From assembly GCA_021836035.1 (NCBI GenBank), contig JAKBJL010000004.1, positions 131,841-195,840 of the forward strand: a stretch of 64,000 nt of DNA, written 5' to 3'. Made by a program: the position numbers and the translations under genes. The stretch is from a bacterium. Lineage in GTDB: Bacteria > Patescibacteriota > Microgenomatia > JAMCZE01. The first letter of the stretch is position 1, and each line of letters begins with the position of its first letter. Shown here piece after piece: positions 20,031 through 30,121 of the stretch. The notes beneath the pieces are model-generated. The model ran no database searches and was not told the DNA's origin. It saw nothing but the letters and a program-made list of their open reading frames with translations.

Positions 20031-21431
20031 CTATAAAAGCGCCTTCCTTCGGTGCCATTCAGTATTGTCTTCATATTTCTCTGCCAGATATAAAATTAAG
20101 TCCTCACTCCACTGCGGTCCGATAATTTGCATACCTACCGGTAAACCTTCTATAAAACCGCAGGGCAAATTAATTCCGGGTAAACCGGCTATGCTGCTGG
20201 GTTCTACTAGCATATCGGATATTTCTCCGTACATGGCTTGTCCCTTAGTGGCTCCTATTTTTTGCGCTACTGTCGGTGATGTCGGAGCGAGTAATAAATC
20301 TACCTCTTTCCAGGCACGGTTAAAATTATTAACAATTAAAGTCCGGACCTTTTGCGCCCGCTTATAATAAGCATCATAATAACCGGCTGATAAAGTATAA
20401 GTGCCTAACATTATCCGGCGCATGTTTTCCTCATTAAAATTATCTCTCGTGCCTCCGAAACGAATACCGTCGAAGCGGGCTAAATTGGAAGAAACTTCCG
20501 CTCTTTGAACAACCGTATAATCAGAAATAGCGTATTCCGGGTCTAATAAGGATAATTCTATGATCCTTGCTCCAAGTTTTTCCAATATTTTAGCTGACGC
20601 AAGCACCATTTCATTAATCCCCTTTTGCGTTTCGGAACGGTAATACTCTTTGGGAATGCCTATTTTCAATTCCCGGATGTTTTTAGTTTTATAATTAACT
20701 GGATTTACTGCCGTTGTCGCGTCATTTTCGTCAAAACCCGCTAGGATTTTATATATTAATTTAGCATCGGCAACGCTTTTGGTAAGCGGACCAGGCGAAT
20801 CTGTTGAGGAGGCCATGGCAATAAGACCAAACCTACTGATCCTTCCGTACGTTGGTTTAAATCCCACGACTCCGCACCAAGCGGCTGGTTGTCTTATGGA
20901 TCCGGCAGTTTCGCTGCCAACAGCAAAGATGGTTTCATTTGCGGCCACTGCCGCTGCTGATCCTCCTGAGGAACCGCCGGGAAGATAATTTAAATTCCAA
21001 GGATTTTTGGTAGATCCGAAATCGGAAGTTTCCGTAGAAGATCCGTGTGCGAACGCGTCCATGTTTGTTTTGCCAAGAATAATAGCTCCGGCATCCCGCA
21101 ATTTATTTACCACCGTGGCGTTATAGGGTGGCTGGTAATTTATTAAAATATTTGAGGAAGCAGTTGTCGTTAAACCGACGGTGTTAAAATTATCCTTAAT
21201 GGCGACTGGTATTCCTAAAAGGGGTTTTTCTGTTTGACCGGTATTGAGAATTTTCTCGACTTCTCCGGCCTGTTGTAAAGCCAGCTCTTTATTTAAGGCC
21301 AAAAAGGCATGAATTTTATTATCAACCTGCTCTATTCTGCGATAACAGTCTTCTAGTAAATCTCGGGCGGAAAAATTTTTCTTTTTTAAACCCTCTGAGG
21401 CCTCTATGATAGTCAAATCGTTTAGTCCCAT
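20031..21431 (-). CDS. gatA: Asp/Glu-tRNA amidotransferase subunit A
   Basis: AIKDN, PGGSSGGSAAAVA, GSIRQPA, SSNLARFDG. Confidence 0.98.
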   Translation of the reverse strand: MGLNDLTIIEASEGLKKKNFSARDLLEDCYRRIEQVDNKIHAFLALNKELALQQAGEVEKILNTGQTEKPLLGIPVAIKDNFNTVGLTTTASSNILINYQPPYNATVVNKLRDAGAIILGKTNMDAFAHGSSTETSDFGSTKNPWNLNYLPGGSSGGSAAAVAANETIFAVGSETAGSIRQPAAWCGVVGFKPTYGRISRFGLIAMASSTDSPGPLTKSVADAKLIYKILAGFDENDATTAVNPVNYKTKNIRELKIGIPKEYYRSETQKGINEMVLASAKILEKLGARIIELSLLDPEYAISDYTVVQRAEVSSNLARFDGIRFGGTRDNFNEENMRRIMLGTYTLSAGYYDAYYKRAQKVRTLIVNNFNRAWKEVDLLLAPTSPTVAQKIGATKGQAMYGEISDMLVEPSSIAGLPGINLPCGFIEGLPVGMQIIGPQWSEDLILYLAEKYEDNTEWHRRKALL

Positions 21432-21730
21432 ACTGAAGGTACCACAAAAAAGCCGTTATAACTCCGCCGGGCATTTTTTAAAGCTTCTTCCCGAGTTAAC
21501 CCCGGCCTGGTTATATCGTCTCTTAAAGCATTTTCTTTTCCGGTTACCTGGTAGGTTGGGGGAAGAGATTTAACCTTATTGTCCAATTCCGCGAGATGAT
21601 TAATATAATCTATGGTTGCGGATAGTTGTTCTTTTAGTTTTTCCCCCTCGTTTTCATTAAGCGGTAAATTTGCCAATTTAGCTACATGCATAACCTCTTC
21701 TTTGCTCAATTTAGTTATAGATTTAGACAT
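21422..21730 (-). CDS. gatC: Asp/Glu-tRNA amidotransferase subunit C
   Basis: EVMHVAKLANL, NALRDD, FFVVP; directly upstream of gatA. Confidence 0.95.
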   Translation of the reverse strand: MSKSITKLSKEEVMHVAKLANLPLNENEGEKLKEQLSATIDYINHLAELDNKVKSLPPTYQVTGKENALRDDITRPGLTREEALKNARRSYNGFFVVPSVWD

Positions 21731-21750
21731 ATTTTTACTATCACGCTGTC

Positions 21751-22503
21751 TTATTGATCCGCAATTTTCCGGACAATCGCCATTGGCGTTTGTTCATGCG
21801 CTTGTCCCAGGGGATTATCCCGGAACATTTTACAGATTAAATCACGGTTAACCCCCTCGGTTGCTCCCTCAATTCTGGCACCGATATCGTTAGCATCAAT
21901 AATAGCTACACTCACTTTTAGCTTTAGGCTGTTCGCTATTTGCTCCTGGATCTTCCTTGCTACATTCTCCGGATCTTTCGGACCTAAGGTAGCGCATTTA
22001 TTTCCGGGGGGCAACGTATAACTGGTCGGTCCGTCGATAGCGTTAATCCCATTTCCTACCAGACGGTAAAATAGTCCTCTAATCCCGACTAATTTTCCCA
22101 ATGTTCCCAACGCTCCGGCCGTAATTATTCGTACTGCACCCGCCTCGTCTATTGCCGCCTGCATCGTCCACGGGCTTCCGATACCGATCCCCCAGGAAGG
22201 TTTATAAACAAACTTTACCAACAACTTAGCTATCCAAGAGGGATGAATTTTTGAGATGGGGATAGCCCGTCCCTGGGTAATCGCTACCACCCTTTCGGAA
22301 ATAACTACCATGTCGTTGTTTTGCAGATAAGATCCGGAATATTCAGTAACTACCTCGCTGATATTATCTTTCTCGGAAATTACTCTAGTTTTTATCGGAT
22401 AGCGACAGTATTTCTCCCCCTCAACTATAATTTCCAGCTTTTTCCCCTCATTCGGTTTTAGCATTCTTATCTGCTTACGTTCTTCAGACGGAATAATCTT
22501 CAT
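21751..22503 (-). CDS. coenzyme F420-0:L-glutamate ligase-like (CofE family) protein
   Basis: PIKT, ISERVVAITQGR, IDGP, IIDANDIG, DNPLGQ. Confidence 0.75.
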   Translation of the reverse strand: MKIIPSEERKQIRMLKPNEGKKLEIIVEGEKYCRYPIKTRVISEKDNISEVVTEYSGSYLQNNDMVVISERVVAITQGRAIPISKIHPSWIAKLLVKFVYKPSWGIGIGSPWTMQAAIDEAGAVRIITAGALGTLGKLVGIRGLFYRLVGNGINAIDGPTSYTLPPGNKCATLGPKDPENVARKIQEQIANSLKLKVSVAIIDANDIGARIEGATEGVNRDLICKMFRDNPLGQAHEQTPMAIVRKIADQ

Positions 22504-22505
22504 AT

Positions 22506-24359
22506 TTATTTATCAATAAATATTCTCATCCAAAGCTCCAGATTGATAATCCTCCAAAATACGAGGCTTTCCTCGTTTTTTCCCTCCAGGAACTCCTTAA
22601 ACCTTTCCCGTATTTTAGCAGAATTAAAATATGACCGGTTACGGAAACTTTCGCTGTTAATAATTGTGTTTATTTCCCGAGCGGATTTCCTCATCCAGGC
22701 AATTTCCGGAGTGGTAAATCCTACTTTCCAGCGACGATTTCTAATTTTTTCCGGTAGCAGATCTTTAAACGCTTCTCGCATCACCCACTTATTCCAGCCA
22801 TTTCTAATTTTAAAATTAGCTGGAAGACTGGCAACAAACTCTACTAGCCGGGGGTCAAGAAACGGAACCCGTGCTTCAATGGAAAAAGCCATCGAATTGC
22901 GGTCTTCGTAGCGTAAAAGGGCCGGTAGGCTATTTTTAAAAATATCCTCCTCTAATCTCTTATTCAGCACGCTATCTTGCGTTGCCGCTTGATGCGAATT
23001 TATGAGTAGGGAATCCGGAAAACGGAACAACTCGCTTATTTTAAAGCCCTTTTTTATTCCTAACAGGATAAGAGCGCGCTCTTTAATAAAAGGCCAAAAT
23101 ACATCGCGGGCCGATAACGCTTCTTGTAGCAGACGGAAATATTTTTTCTCCCGCCATAATTCCTTTAAATAAATAAAATGGTAAGGAATATAACCGGCTA
23201 ACATTTCATCAGCACCTTGACCGTCTAGCAGAACTTTAATCCCTTTATGATGGGCCAACTCCATCACTTTCCATTGAGCGTATGGCCCGCTGGAAATCAT
23301 CGGCTCGTCCTGGTAATAAATAAGTTTATCCAAATCCTGCCACATCTGCTCCCGTTGCGGTCTAATTTCATAGTTATCCACCCGCGTTTGGTTAACCACC
23401 TCATCAATATAAAATTTTTCATTATTAGCTTCCCCGGGAAATACTGCACTAAAAGTTTTCTGTCGTTCACCTAACGTTTTAAACAACTGGCTATTCTTCG
23501 TCTTCTGCTCGTTTTTCACCAGGCTATTGATCATTCTCACTACCGCCGAACTGTCCAGCCCGCCTGAAAGCGCCGTCCCGACGGGTACTTCGCTGATAAG
23601 CCGTAATTTAACTGAATTCCGGAATAACTCAAGAAATTTATTCTTCGCATCTTCAAACGTTATGTTTTTATCTTCCAAACCGGTCGGAAAACTCCAATAT
23701 CGCTGAACTTGGTAATGCGACGTATTTAGGTCCCACTCCAAAAAACTAGAAGGTGGCAACCTTTTAATATCGTTAAAAAAAGTTTCCTGGTTATCATCAT
23801 GCTTCCGGGTAAGTAAGTATTTTTGGATAGTTTCCCCATTTGGTTGGATAGGAATTTTTAATTTTCTTAGGGCTACTAATATGGCTTTAATTTCCGAAGA
23901 GAAAATTAATTTCTTACCCTCAGCATAATAAAACAGCGGTTTAATACCGAAGTGGTCCCTTGCCAGAATAATTTTCCTTATTTTCCGATCATAAATCGCC
24001 AACCCAAACATCCCGTTCAATTGCGCAAAGCCGCTGCTACCATTCTCCTCATACCAATGTACTATCGCTTCACCATCGCCTTCGGTGTAAAAGCGGTGTC
24101 CTTTATCTGTCAGCTTATTTTTTAGCTCCCGAAAGTTGTAAACTTCGCCGTTATAAACCAACGCAAGGGATTTATCCTCGTTGTAAAGAGGCTGAAAGCT
24201 TCCCTGTAAATCGATGATAGCTAATCTTCTATAGCCAAGATTAATACTCTCTTCCTGGAAATATTGCTGATCATCCGGTCCGCGGTGAGAAAGGGTATGA
24301 CCCATTTCTTCGAGAAGTTTATTGTCCTTAAATCCTATGAAGCCGTAAATACCGCACAT
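22506..24359 (-). CDS. asnB: asparagine synthase (glutamine-hydrolysing)
   Basis: MCGI Ntn start at ATG 24359, HRGPD, RLAIID, LSGGLDSS, GQGADE, EARVPFLD. Confidence 0.95.
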   Translation of the reverse strand: MCGIYGFIGFKDNKLLEEMGHTLSHRGPDDQQYFQEESINLGYRRLAIIDLQGSFQPLYNEDKSLALVYNGEVYNFRELKNKLTDKGHRFYTEGDGEAIVHWYEENGSSGFAQLNGMFGLAIYDRKIRKIILARDHFGIKPLFYYAEGKKLIFSSEIKAILVALRKLKIPIQPNGETIQKYLLTRKHDDNQETFFNDIKRLPPSSFLEWDLNTSHYQVQRYWSFPTGLEDKNITFEDAKNKFLELFRNSVKLRLISEVPVGTALSGGLDSSAVVRMINSLVKNEQKTKNSQLFKTLGERQKTFSAVFPGEANNEKFYIDEVVNQTRVDNYEIRPQREQMWQDLDKLIYYQDEPMISSGPYAQWKVMELAHHKGIKVLLDGQGADEMLAGYIPYHFIYLKELWREKKYFRLLQEALSARDVFWPFIKERALILLGIKKGFKISELFRFPDSLLINSHQAATQDSVLNKRLEEDIFKNSLPALLRYEDRNSMAFSIEARVPFLDPRLVEFVASLPANFKIRNGWNKWVMREAFKDLLPEKIRNRRWKVGFTTPEIAWMRKSAREINTIINSESFRNRSYFNSAKIRERFKEFLEGKNEESLVFWRIINLELWMRIFIDK

Positions 24360-24360
24360 T

Positions 24361-25260
24361 TTACATACTCCGGAGAATTTTGATCCTTTCCTCAATCGGC
24401 GGATGAGTATCGAAAAGTCCGGCAAACCAGGCACCCGTATCTTTCCCTTTAAACGGATTCACGATAAATAGATGCGCTGTAGCGTTGGAAGCAAAAGTTT
24501 CCGGTTGTTTATCGGCGGCTAGTTTTTCCAAAGCGTCGGCAAGTCCTTCGGGGTAACGGGTAAGGTAAGCACCGTTGGCGTCAGCCAAAAATTCCCGTCT
24601 CCGGGAAATTGCTAATTGAATTAGACTGGCTATTAATGGTGAAAGAATCGCCAAGATGATTCCCAACACAATAAATATCATTTGTAATTGTCCCCCGCCC
24701 TCTTCCCTGTCTCTACGTCCGCCGAACCACATGTTGCGCATAAATAAATCAGCCAATATAGTTACCAAACCTACTAAAACCGCGACTATAGCCATTAAGC
24801 GGGTATCGTAATCTTTGACATGGGATAATTCATGGGCAATAACGCCTTCCAGCTCGTTTTTATCCATCATCTCAATTAAGCCGCGCGTTGCGCAAATGAC
24901 TGCATGCTGCGGATCCCGACCGGTAGCGAAAGCATTAGGAGCCGAACTTTCTATGAGATATACCCTGGGTTTCGGTAAGCCGGCCGCCAGTGCCAGATTT
25001 TCGACCGCGTGCACCAATTTTGGCTCTTCAGCTTCGCTTACCTCATGAGCGCCGGATAAGGATAGGACTAGGCTGTCCGAATAATAATAACTTCCCAGAG
25101 ACATTAGCCCCGAGAAAATAAGGGCAATGCCCACAAAGCTTACACCGTATCCCGTAGCCTGGCCAAAAATATAAGCCAAAAGGGAAATAAAAAGAATAAA
25201 CGCGGCCATGACTAACCATGTCCGACGCTTATTCGAATCAATCTGGGTATAGATACTCAT
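24361..25260 (-). CDS. htpX: zinc metalloprotease HtpX (M48)
   Basis: PNAFATG, HELSH, SRRREFLAD, THPP. Confidence 0.95.
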   Translation of the reverse strand: MSIYTQIDSNKRRTWLVMAAFILFISLLAYIFGQATGYGVSFVGIALIFSGLMSLGSYYYSDSLVLSLSGAHEVSEAEEPKLVHAVENLALAAGLPKPRVYLIESSAPNAFATGRDPQHAVICATRGLIEMMDKNELEGVIAHELSHVKDYDTRLMAIVAVLVGLVTILADLFMRNMWFGGRRDREEGGGQLQMIFIVLGIILAILSPLIASLIQLAISRRREFLADANGAYLTRYPEGLADALEKLAADKQPETFASNATAHLFIVNPFKGKDTGAWFAGLFDTHPPIEERIKILRSM

Positions 25261-25261
25261 A

Positions 25262-25362
25262 CGAATTATTCACAAATAGGTAATATACAAATCTAGGTAA
25301 AATACAAATACTTTGCAAATACAAATTTGTTAATTTGTATATTCCCACTGGCAAGAATTCGT
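25262..25362. repeat. short irregular ACAAAT repeats between lemA and htpX
   Basis: Four ACAAAT copies on + and inverted ATTTGT copies, bracketed by ACGAATT...AATTCGT. Confidence 0.5.
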
Positions 25363-25365
25363 TAC

Positions 25366-25929
25366 CTAGGTAAAATCAACTTTGACCGCTTTTCTTTCTT
25401 CCTCGGTAGCTCCAAAAAATTCCCGTGGTTGAAAGCCTAACGCGCCGGCGATCAAAACATTCGGGAAGACCTTTAGGCTGGTATTGTAATCCATTACCAC
25501 ATTGTTGTAAAACTGGCGGCTATAAGCAACCTTATCCTCGGTATCCGTATATTCATCCTGAAACTGTTTAAAATTTTCGGCTGCCCTAAGTTGCGGATAT
25601 CCTTCTGCAACGGCAAATAAGGATTTCATTACCCCGCCTAGCTGGTCGTTGGCATTAGCTTTCTCTCCTGGAGTTCTTGCTGATAGCAGGGCCGATCTGG
25701 CTTTAGTAACATTTTCAAATAGCTCCTTTTCGTGTTTGGCATAAGCCTTGACTGTTTCTACTAAATTAGGGATCAGGTCTGCTCTTCTTTTCAATTGAAC
25801 ATCAATCTGGCTCCAGGCTTCATCAACGTGCATCCTGGCGGTTACCAAACCGTTATAAAGTGACCAGAGAAAAAAGCCGGCAATTACTAAAATAATTAAT
25901 GGTATAAGCAACGCTCCCATAATTCTCAC
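25366..25929 (-). CDS. lemA: LemA-family protein
   Basis: AWSQIDVQLKRRADLIPNLV, AVAEGYPQL, RQFYN; start may be ATG 25920. Confidence 0.95.
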   Translation of the reverse strand: MRIMGALLIPLIILVIAGFFLWSLYNGLVTARMHVDEAWSQIDVQLKRRADLIPNLVETVKAYAKHEKELFENVTKARSALLSARTPGEKANANDQLGGVMKSLFAVAEGYPQLRAAENFKQFQDEYTDTEDKVAYSRQFYNNVVMDYNTSLKVFPNVLIAGALGFQPREFFGATEEERKAVKVDFT

Positions 25930-27719
25930 CCCCTAACCCTCTTTTTTAACCACAATAAAATCTTATCATAATCCCAGGTATTAATAATATCGGAGGCCTG
26001 AGACCAACCCCTCCTGGCAACGCTGACCCCGAATCTCATAAGATTCAGGTCTTCTTTATTATGAGCATCTGTTCCCAAACTCAGCTTTACGCCTCTTTTA
26101 ATCGCTTCGCGCACTAAAGTATCTGGTAAATCCAATCGATTGGGATAAGCGTTAATTTCTATTGCCTTATCATTGTCTAATAAGAAACGGAAAATGGTTT
26201 CCCAGTCAAGTTCATAACCTTCCCTGGTACCCAATAACCTTCCTGTGGGGTGAGCAAAAATCCTGACCAGGGGATGGGACAATCCCTTGATTACTCGTTT
26301 TGTCATCTCCTCGCGGCCAAGGTTAAAATTGCTATGAATACTTGCTAAACAACCATCGAGTAATAATTCTGCTCCTTTAGGCAAATTTAATATGCCCTTA
26401 GTATCTATATCAACTTCCAGTAAGTTTAATATATGAATACTATTAGTTGACTTCCTTAGGTGTTCAATATAAGCTAACCTGGCTGTCAATATATTTATTA
26501 TCTGTTCTTCACTATGATTGGAAACGCTGGGGTTATGCTCGCTAAAGGCTAAATATTCATAATTTAAATCTTTGGCAACTTGCAGCATGCTTTCCATCGT
26601 GTCTGCTCCCAAATCATGACTGGGTTCAACATTGTAATTACTGTGAGTTTGTAAATCGCCACGGATTTCCTTTAGCTCTACCAGTTTCGGTAGTTTTTTA
26701 CCCAGAGCCGCTTCGATTTCCCCGGTATCTTCCCTTATTTCCGGAGGGATCCATTCCATCCCCAAATATTTATAGAAAATGTCTTCTTCGGAAAATTGTT
26801 TGATCATACCATTTTTCAGAGATTTAATTCCGTATTCACTTAAGGAATTTCCACCTTGCCGTGCCCATTCCCGTAAATGGATATTGTGTTGTTTGCTGCC
26901 GGTAAAATATTGCAGCATTGATCCCCAATCTTCGGGGCTACACACTCGGAGATCTACCTGCCTACCGGAGGATATAAGCAATGAAGCGCCGGTGGGGCCA
27001 CGCTCGATAATCTGTTTCTTGCGCGGATAACCAGTGAAGATTTTTAAAACTTCCTCTGGTTTTCGGGTTGCTATGGCCAGATCAACATCCCCTATGGTAG
27101 ATACTCTTCTTCTTAGGCTTCCTAATTTTTCAATCTTCAAAATCTCTTCTCCAGCATTTTCTTTAAGATAAGAGATTAAATCTTCGGCCAACTGATCAGC
27201 AAACACTAAAGACATGCGGTTTTCCTTAACCTGGCCCAGTTCGTATAGACGAATTCCTTCTAAAATATCTTTTTCGCTCTTTTCACCGAAATTTTTCAGT
27301 GAAGCAATCTGGTGTTGTTTGGCTGCTTTTTTAAGTTCATTGATGGCGTTATGAGGATCATTTATACCCAATTCTATAACTAGTTTATGGGCTTTTTTTG
27401 GTCCAAATCCGGGTAAATCCAGAAGATTAAACATTGCCGGGGGCATTTTTTTCAAAACCACTTCGAAGTGGCCTACTTTTCCGGTACGGAACAATTCGTC
27501 GAGATGGTCGGCAATATTTTTCCCTACTCCGGGAATATCTTCCAATTTCCCGTCGTCCCAAAGATCTTTCGCCTCGCTGGTAGCGTGTTCAATTGCCGTA
27601 GCTGCGGATTCATAGGCTAAAACTCTGAATCTATTCTCGCCAAGAATGGTATAAGCTGCTGCTACCTTGCGTAACAAACGCGCTATCTCCAGATTTGTGA
27701 AGCCGTAGATTGATTTCAT
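25926..27719 (-). CDS. polX: DNA polymerase X with PHP domain
   Basis: HhH motifs, GSLRR, TIGDVD, VDLR, YFTGSK, AHPTGR, EINA, TDAH. Confidence 0.95.
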   Translation of the reverse strand: MKSIYGFTNLEIARLLRKVAAAYTILGENRFRVLAYESAATAIEHATSEAKDLWDDGKLEDIPGVGKNIADHLDELFRTGKVGHFEVVLKKMPPAMFNLLDLPGFGPKKAHKLVIELGINDPHNAINELKKAAKQHQIASLKNFGEKSEKDILEGIRLYELGQVKENRMSLVFADQLAEDLISYLKENAGEEILKIEKLGSLRRRVSTIGDVDLAIATRKPEEVLKIFTGYPRKKQIIERGPTGASLLISSGRQVDLRVCSPEDWGSMLQYFTGSKQHNIHLREWARQGGNSLSEYGIKSLKNGMIKQFSEEDIFYKYLGMEWIPPEIREDTGEIEAALGKKLPKLVELKEIRGDLQTHSNYNVEPSHDLGADTMESMLQVAKDLNYEYLAFSEHNPSVSNHSEEQIINILTARLAYIEHLRKSTNSIHILNLLEVDIDTKGILNLPKGAELLLDGCLASIHSNFNLGREEMTKRVIKGLSHPLVRIFAHPTGRLLGTREGYELDWETIFRFLLDNDKAIEINAYPNRLDLPDTLVREAIKRGVKLSLGTDAHNKEDLNLMRFGVSVARRGWSQASDIINTWDYDKILLWLKKRVRG

Positions 27720-27837
27720 AAGGCGCCTCTGCTAATATTCTACTGCAAACGTGCACTTTTAATAAATATGTGGGGTGGCAGCCTAACCGATAAATATTCG
27801 GCGATTGGGCTAAAGCGTCCCGCACATTTTGCGTTCA

Positions 27838-27910
27838 GGACCCGTAGTGTAGCGGCTAACACGCTGCCCTGTCACGGCAGAGATCACCGGTTCGAATCCG
27901 GCCGGGTCCG
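27838..27910 (+). tRNA. tRNA-Asp (GTC)
   Basis: Acceptor GGACCCG/CGGGTCC, anticodon arm CTGCC-CTGTCAC-GGCAG, TTCGAAT; one A.C mismatch in the T-stem; CCA not encoded. Confidence 0.95.
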
Positions 27911-28020
27911 CGAAATGTTTCGGGATAACATCTTTTCGCGCGTCCCCACAGATTTAACTGCTGAAACACTCCTGCCTGTTTGACTTTCTGCCCCTTATTT
28001 ATTTCTGCCTTGAAAGGAGG

Positions 28021-28638
28021 ATGGAAATGGATAAATATCAGAAGCGCCTGAATAATTTGCTTAAAAAACATAAAATCTCCGAAGCTAATTTACGTATGGT
28101 TCTGGGGCTGGTTATTATTTTGGTCATCGGTATTCTGGCTTACAACATTTTTAAAGGCCAGCAGGTTTCACCGAATATCCCGGGCCAACCCCCAACCGAA
28201 GAACAACAGGGAGGAAGTAAAAGCGGCGGTTTAACTGCTCCGACAGCTGCGGTTGCTTTACCTACTGAACATACGGTGAAAGCCGGAGAGAATCTTTGGG
28301 GTATTGCGGAAAAATACTATACTTCCGGTTACAATTGGGTGGATATAGCTAAAGTTAATAATCTTTCCGATCCGAACGAAATAAACGATGGCCAAAAGTT
28401 AACTATTCCCAAAGTGGAAATCCGCCAACCTACCGTTTCTAATAGTCAGATAACTACTGTTATAACGGAAAGTAAAATAACCGGGAAAACTTACACAGTC
28501 ATCCACGGAGATAACCTTTGGGATATTGCGGTCAGAGCATACGGTGATGGGTTTAAATGGACGGAAATAGCTAAGGTCAATCAATTAGCAGATCCACAAA
28601 TAATTCACGCCGGAAATGTTCTTTCTATACCCCGATAA
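28021..28638 (+). CDS. membrane-anchored protein with two LysM domains
   Basis: TM, HTVKAGENLWGIAEKYY and YTVIHGDNLWDIAVRAYG. Confidence 0.92.
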   Translation: MEMDKYQKRLNNLLKKHKISEANLRMVLGLVIILVIGILAYNIFKGQQVSPNIPGQPPTEEQQGGSKSGGLTAPTAAVALPTEHTVKAGENLWGIAEKYYTSGYNWVDIAKVNNLSDPNEINDGQKLTIPKVEIRQPTVSNSQITTVITESKITGKTYTVIHGDNLWDIAVRAYGDGFKWTEIAKVNQLADPQIIHAGNVLSIPR

Positions 28639-28766
28639 ATTCTTAACCGGGATAAAGTCGAAGGTTTTGTTATATAATTTAAGTGCTTAGCACGAAGTTA
28701 ATTCATGTGTGTTAAGTGGGTTTAGCACACCGGTTGTATGCTACCGGACTTTACCCTGTTAAATTC

Positions 28767-28841
28767 GCGGGTGTGGTGTACCGGTAACACGTCTCCTTCC
28801 CAAGGAGAAGACAGAGGGTCCAATTCCCTTCACCCGCTCCA
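28767..28841 (+). tRNA. tRNA-Gly (CCC), CCA encoded, atypical T-loop
   Basis: Acceptor GCGGGTG/CACCCGC, anticodon arm TCTCC-TTCCCAA-GGAGA, T-loop TCCAATT. Confidence 0.88.
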
Positions 28842-28900
28842 GATGTGACAGAAATAAACACAAATGTACACAAAGTTACTAGTAAATTACATAAATTAAC

Positions 28901-29542
28901 ATGAAGATTCATGAAATCTACAGAAAATATAGGGTAACCCCCAATCTTCAAGAGCACATGTTAAGAGTTTGCAGTATTGTTGAGTTTATTCAAAGACATT
29001 GGCAAGCAGAAGGACTTGTCGATTGGAATTTTCTTAAAAAAATAGCTTTACTTCACGATTTGGGCAACACTGTGAAATTCGATTTAGACAAAAATCCTGA
29101 ATTTCTTGGTAAAGAAAAATCAAACATCCGATATTGGAAGCAGGTCCAGAAAGAAATTATCAAAAAATACGGGTTAAACGATCACGAAGCAACAAAACGA
29201 ATGCTCCAGGAAATTGGCGTAGAAGACGAGATGATAAAAACAATTCTTCAAAAAAGCTTTGGCAACTCAGTTGAGACAAAAAATTCAAACAATTGGCCAC
29301 TGAAAATTTTGTATTATGCTGATTTGAGAATTCTTCCTTTTGGAATTGGGACTTTAAAGGAGAGAATTGACGACGTCAGAGATAGAATGCCTAAGTACAC
29401 AAACAGACCTGATTTTGATGATTTGGTTAATGCGTGCAGAGAAATTGAAGAACAAATACAAAGCAACCTTACCGTTTCAGTAAATGATATTGGTGATAAG
29501 ACAACGGGTTTAAATCAAGAGCTATTGAACCTTGAAGTTTAA
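28901..29542 (+). CDS. HD-domain protein
   Basis: QEHMLRV, ALLHDLGN, YYADLR. Confidence 0.85.
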   Translation: MKIHEIYRKYRVTPNLQEHMLRVCSIVEFIQRHWQAEGLVDWNFLKKIALLHDLGNTVKFDLDKNPEFLGKEKSNIRYWKQVQKEIIKKYGLNDHEATKRMLQEIGVEDEMIKTILQKSFGNSVETKNSNNWPLKILYYADLRILPFGIGTLKERIDDVRDRMPKYTNRPDFDDLVNACREIEEQIQSNLTVSVNDIGDKTTGLNQELLNLEV

Positions 29543-30121
29543 AAAAGCCGATCCTCGTGGCAGGAAAAGTGAAACTTTTCCGAGATGGATCAATTACGTC
29601 CAACATTTGTTCCCTAAATAAGGTGCTTTTACCACGAGGATCATTCGGTATGCTTATGATACCATTTCTCGTAATTCTTGAAACTTGGGATGCCAAGACG
29701 GCTTTTTAAAAAATTAAGTTTTAAAACAAGATCTGGGGTAATATACTTGTACAGGTTAACAAATAACCAAATAGGCAATAGGTTCGAGCTGAGTACCGTC
29801 CCCAGCTCCATATGAGGGTGGTTTTGTTTTGGTCAAATATTTCCCCTTTAAATCAAATTTTCCCCGAGTTCGAGCCCAAATTTTCAACAAAATTCTCTTA
29901 GCCTGAAAATGAAAGATACTGGTAACGAGGGTCGGACCTAATGTATAAAACGGGTCCAGTGGGAAAGTAATTTAATTCTTTTGCACAATCCCGCTGAAAA
30001 TATTGGGATTAAATGCCTTCCGGCCGATCCCCAGACGCTAGAAATTCAAACATCCTACTTAATTGTATGAACGGGGCGGCTGTTTCTTATACAAAACGCC
30101 AGATTTTGCTAAACTAAATTA

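Noticed and set aside
27768-28071. ORFs 27768-27983 and 27856-28071
   Set aside because: Overlap tRNA-Asp
28751-28957. 68-aa ORF
   Set aside because: Antisense to tRNA-Gly and the HD gene start
29469-29696. 75-aa minus-strand ORF
   Set aside because: Overlaps the HD gene end and has no recognisable motif
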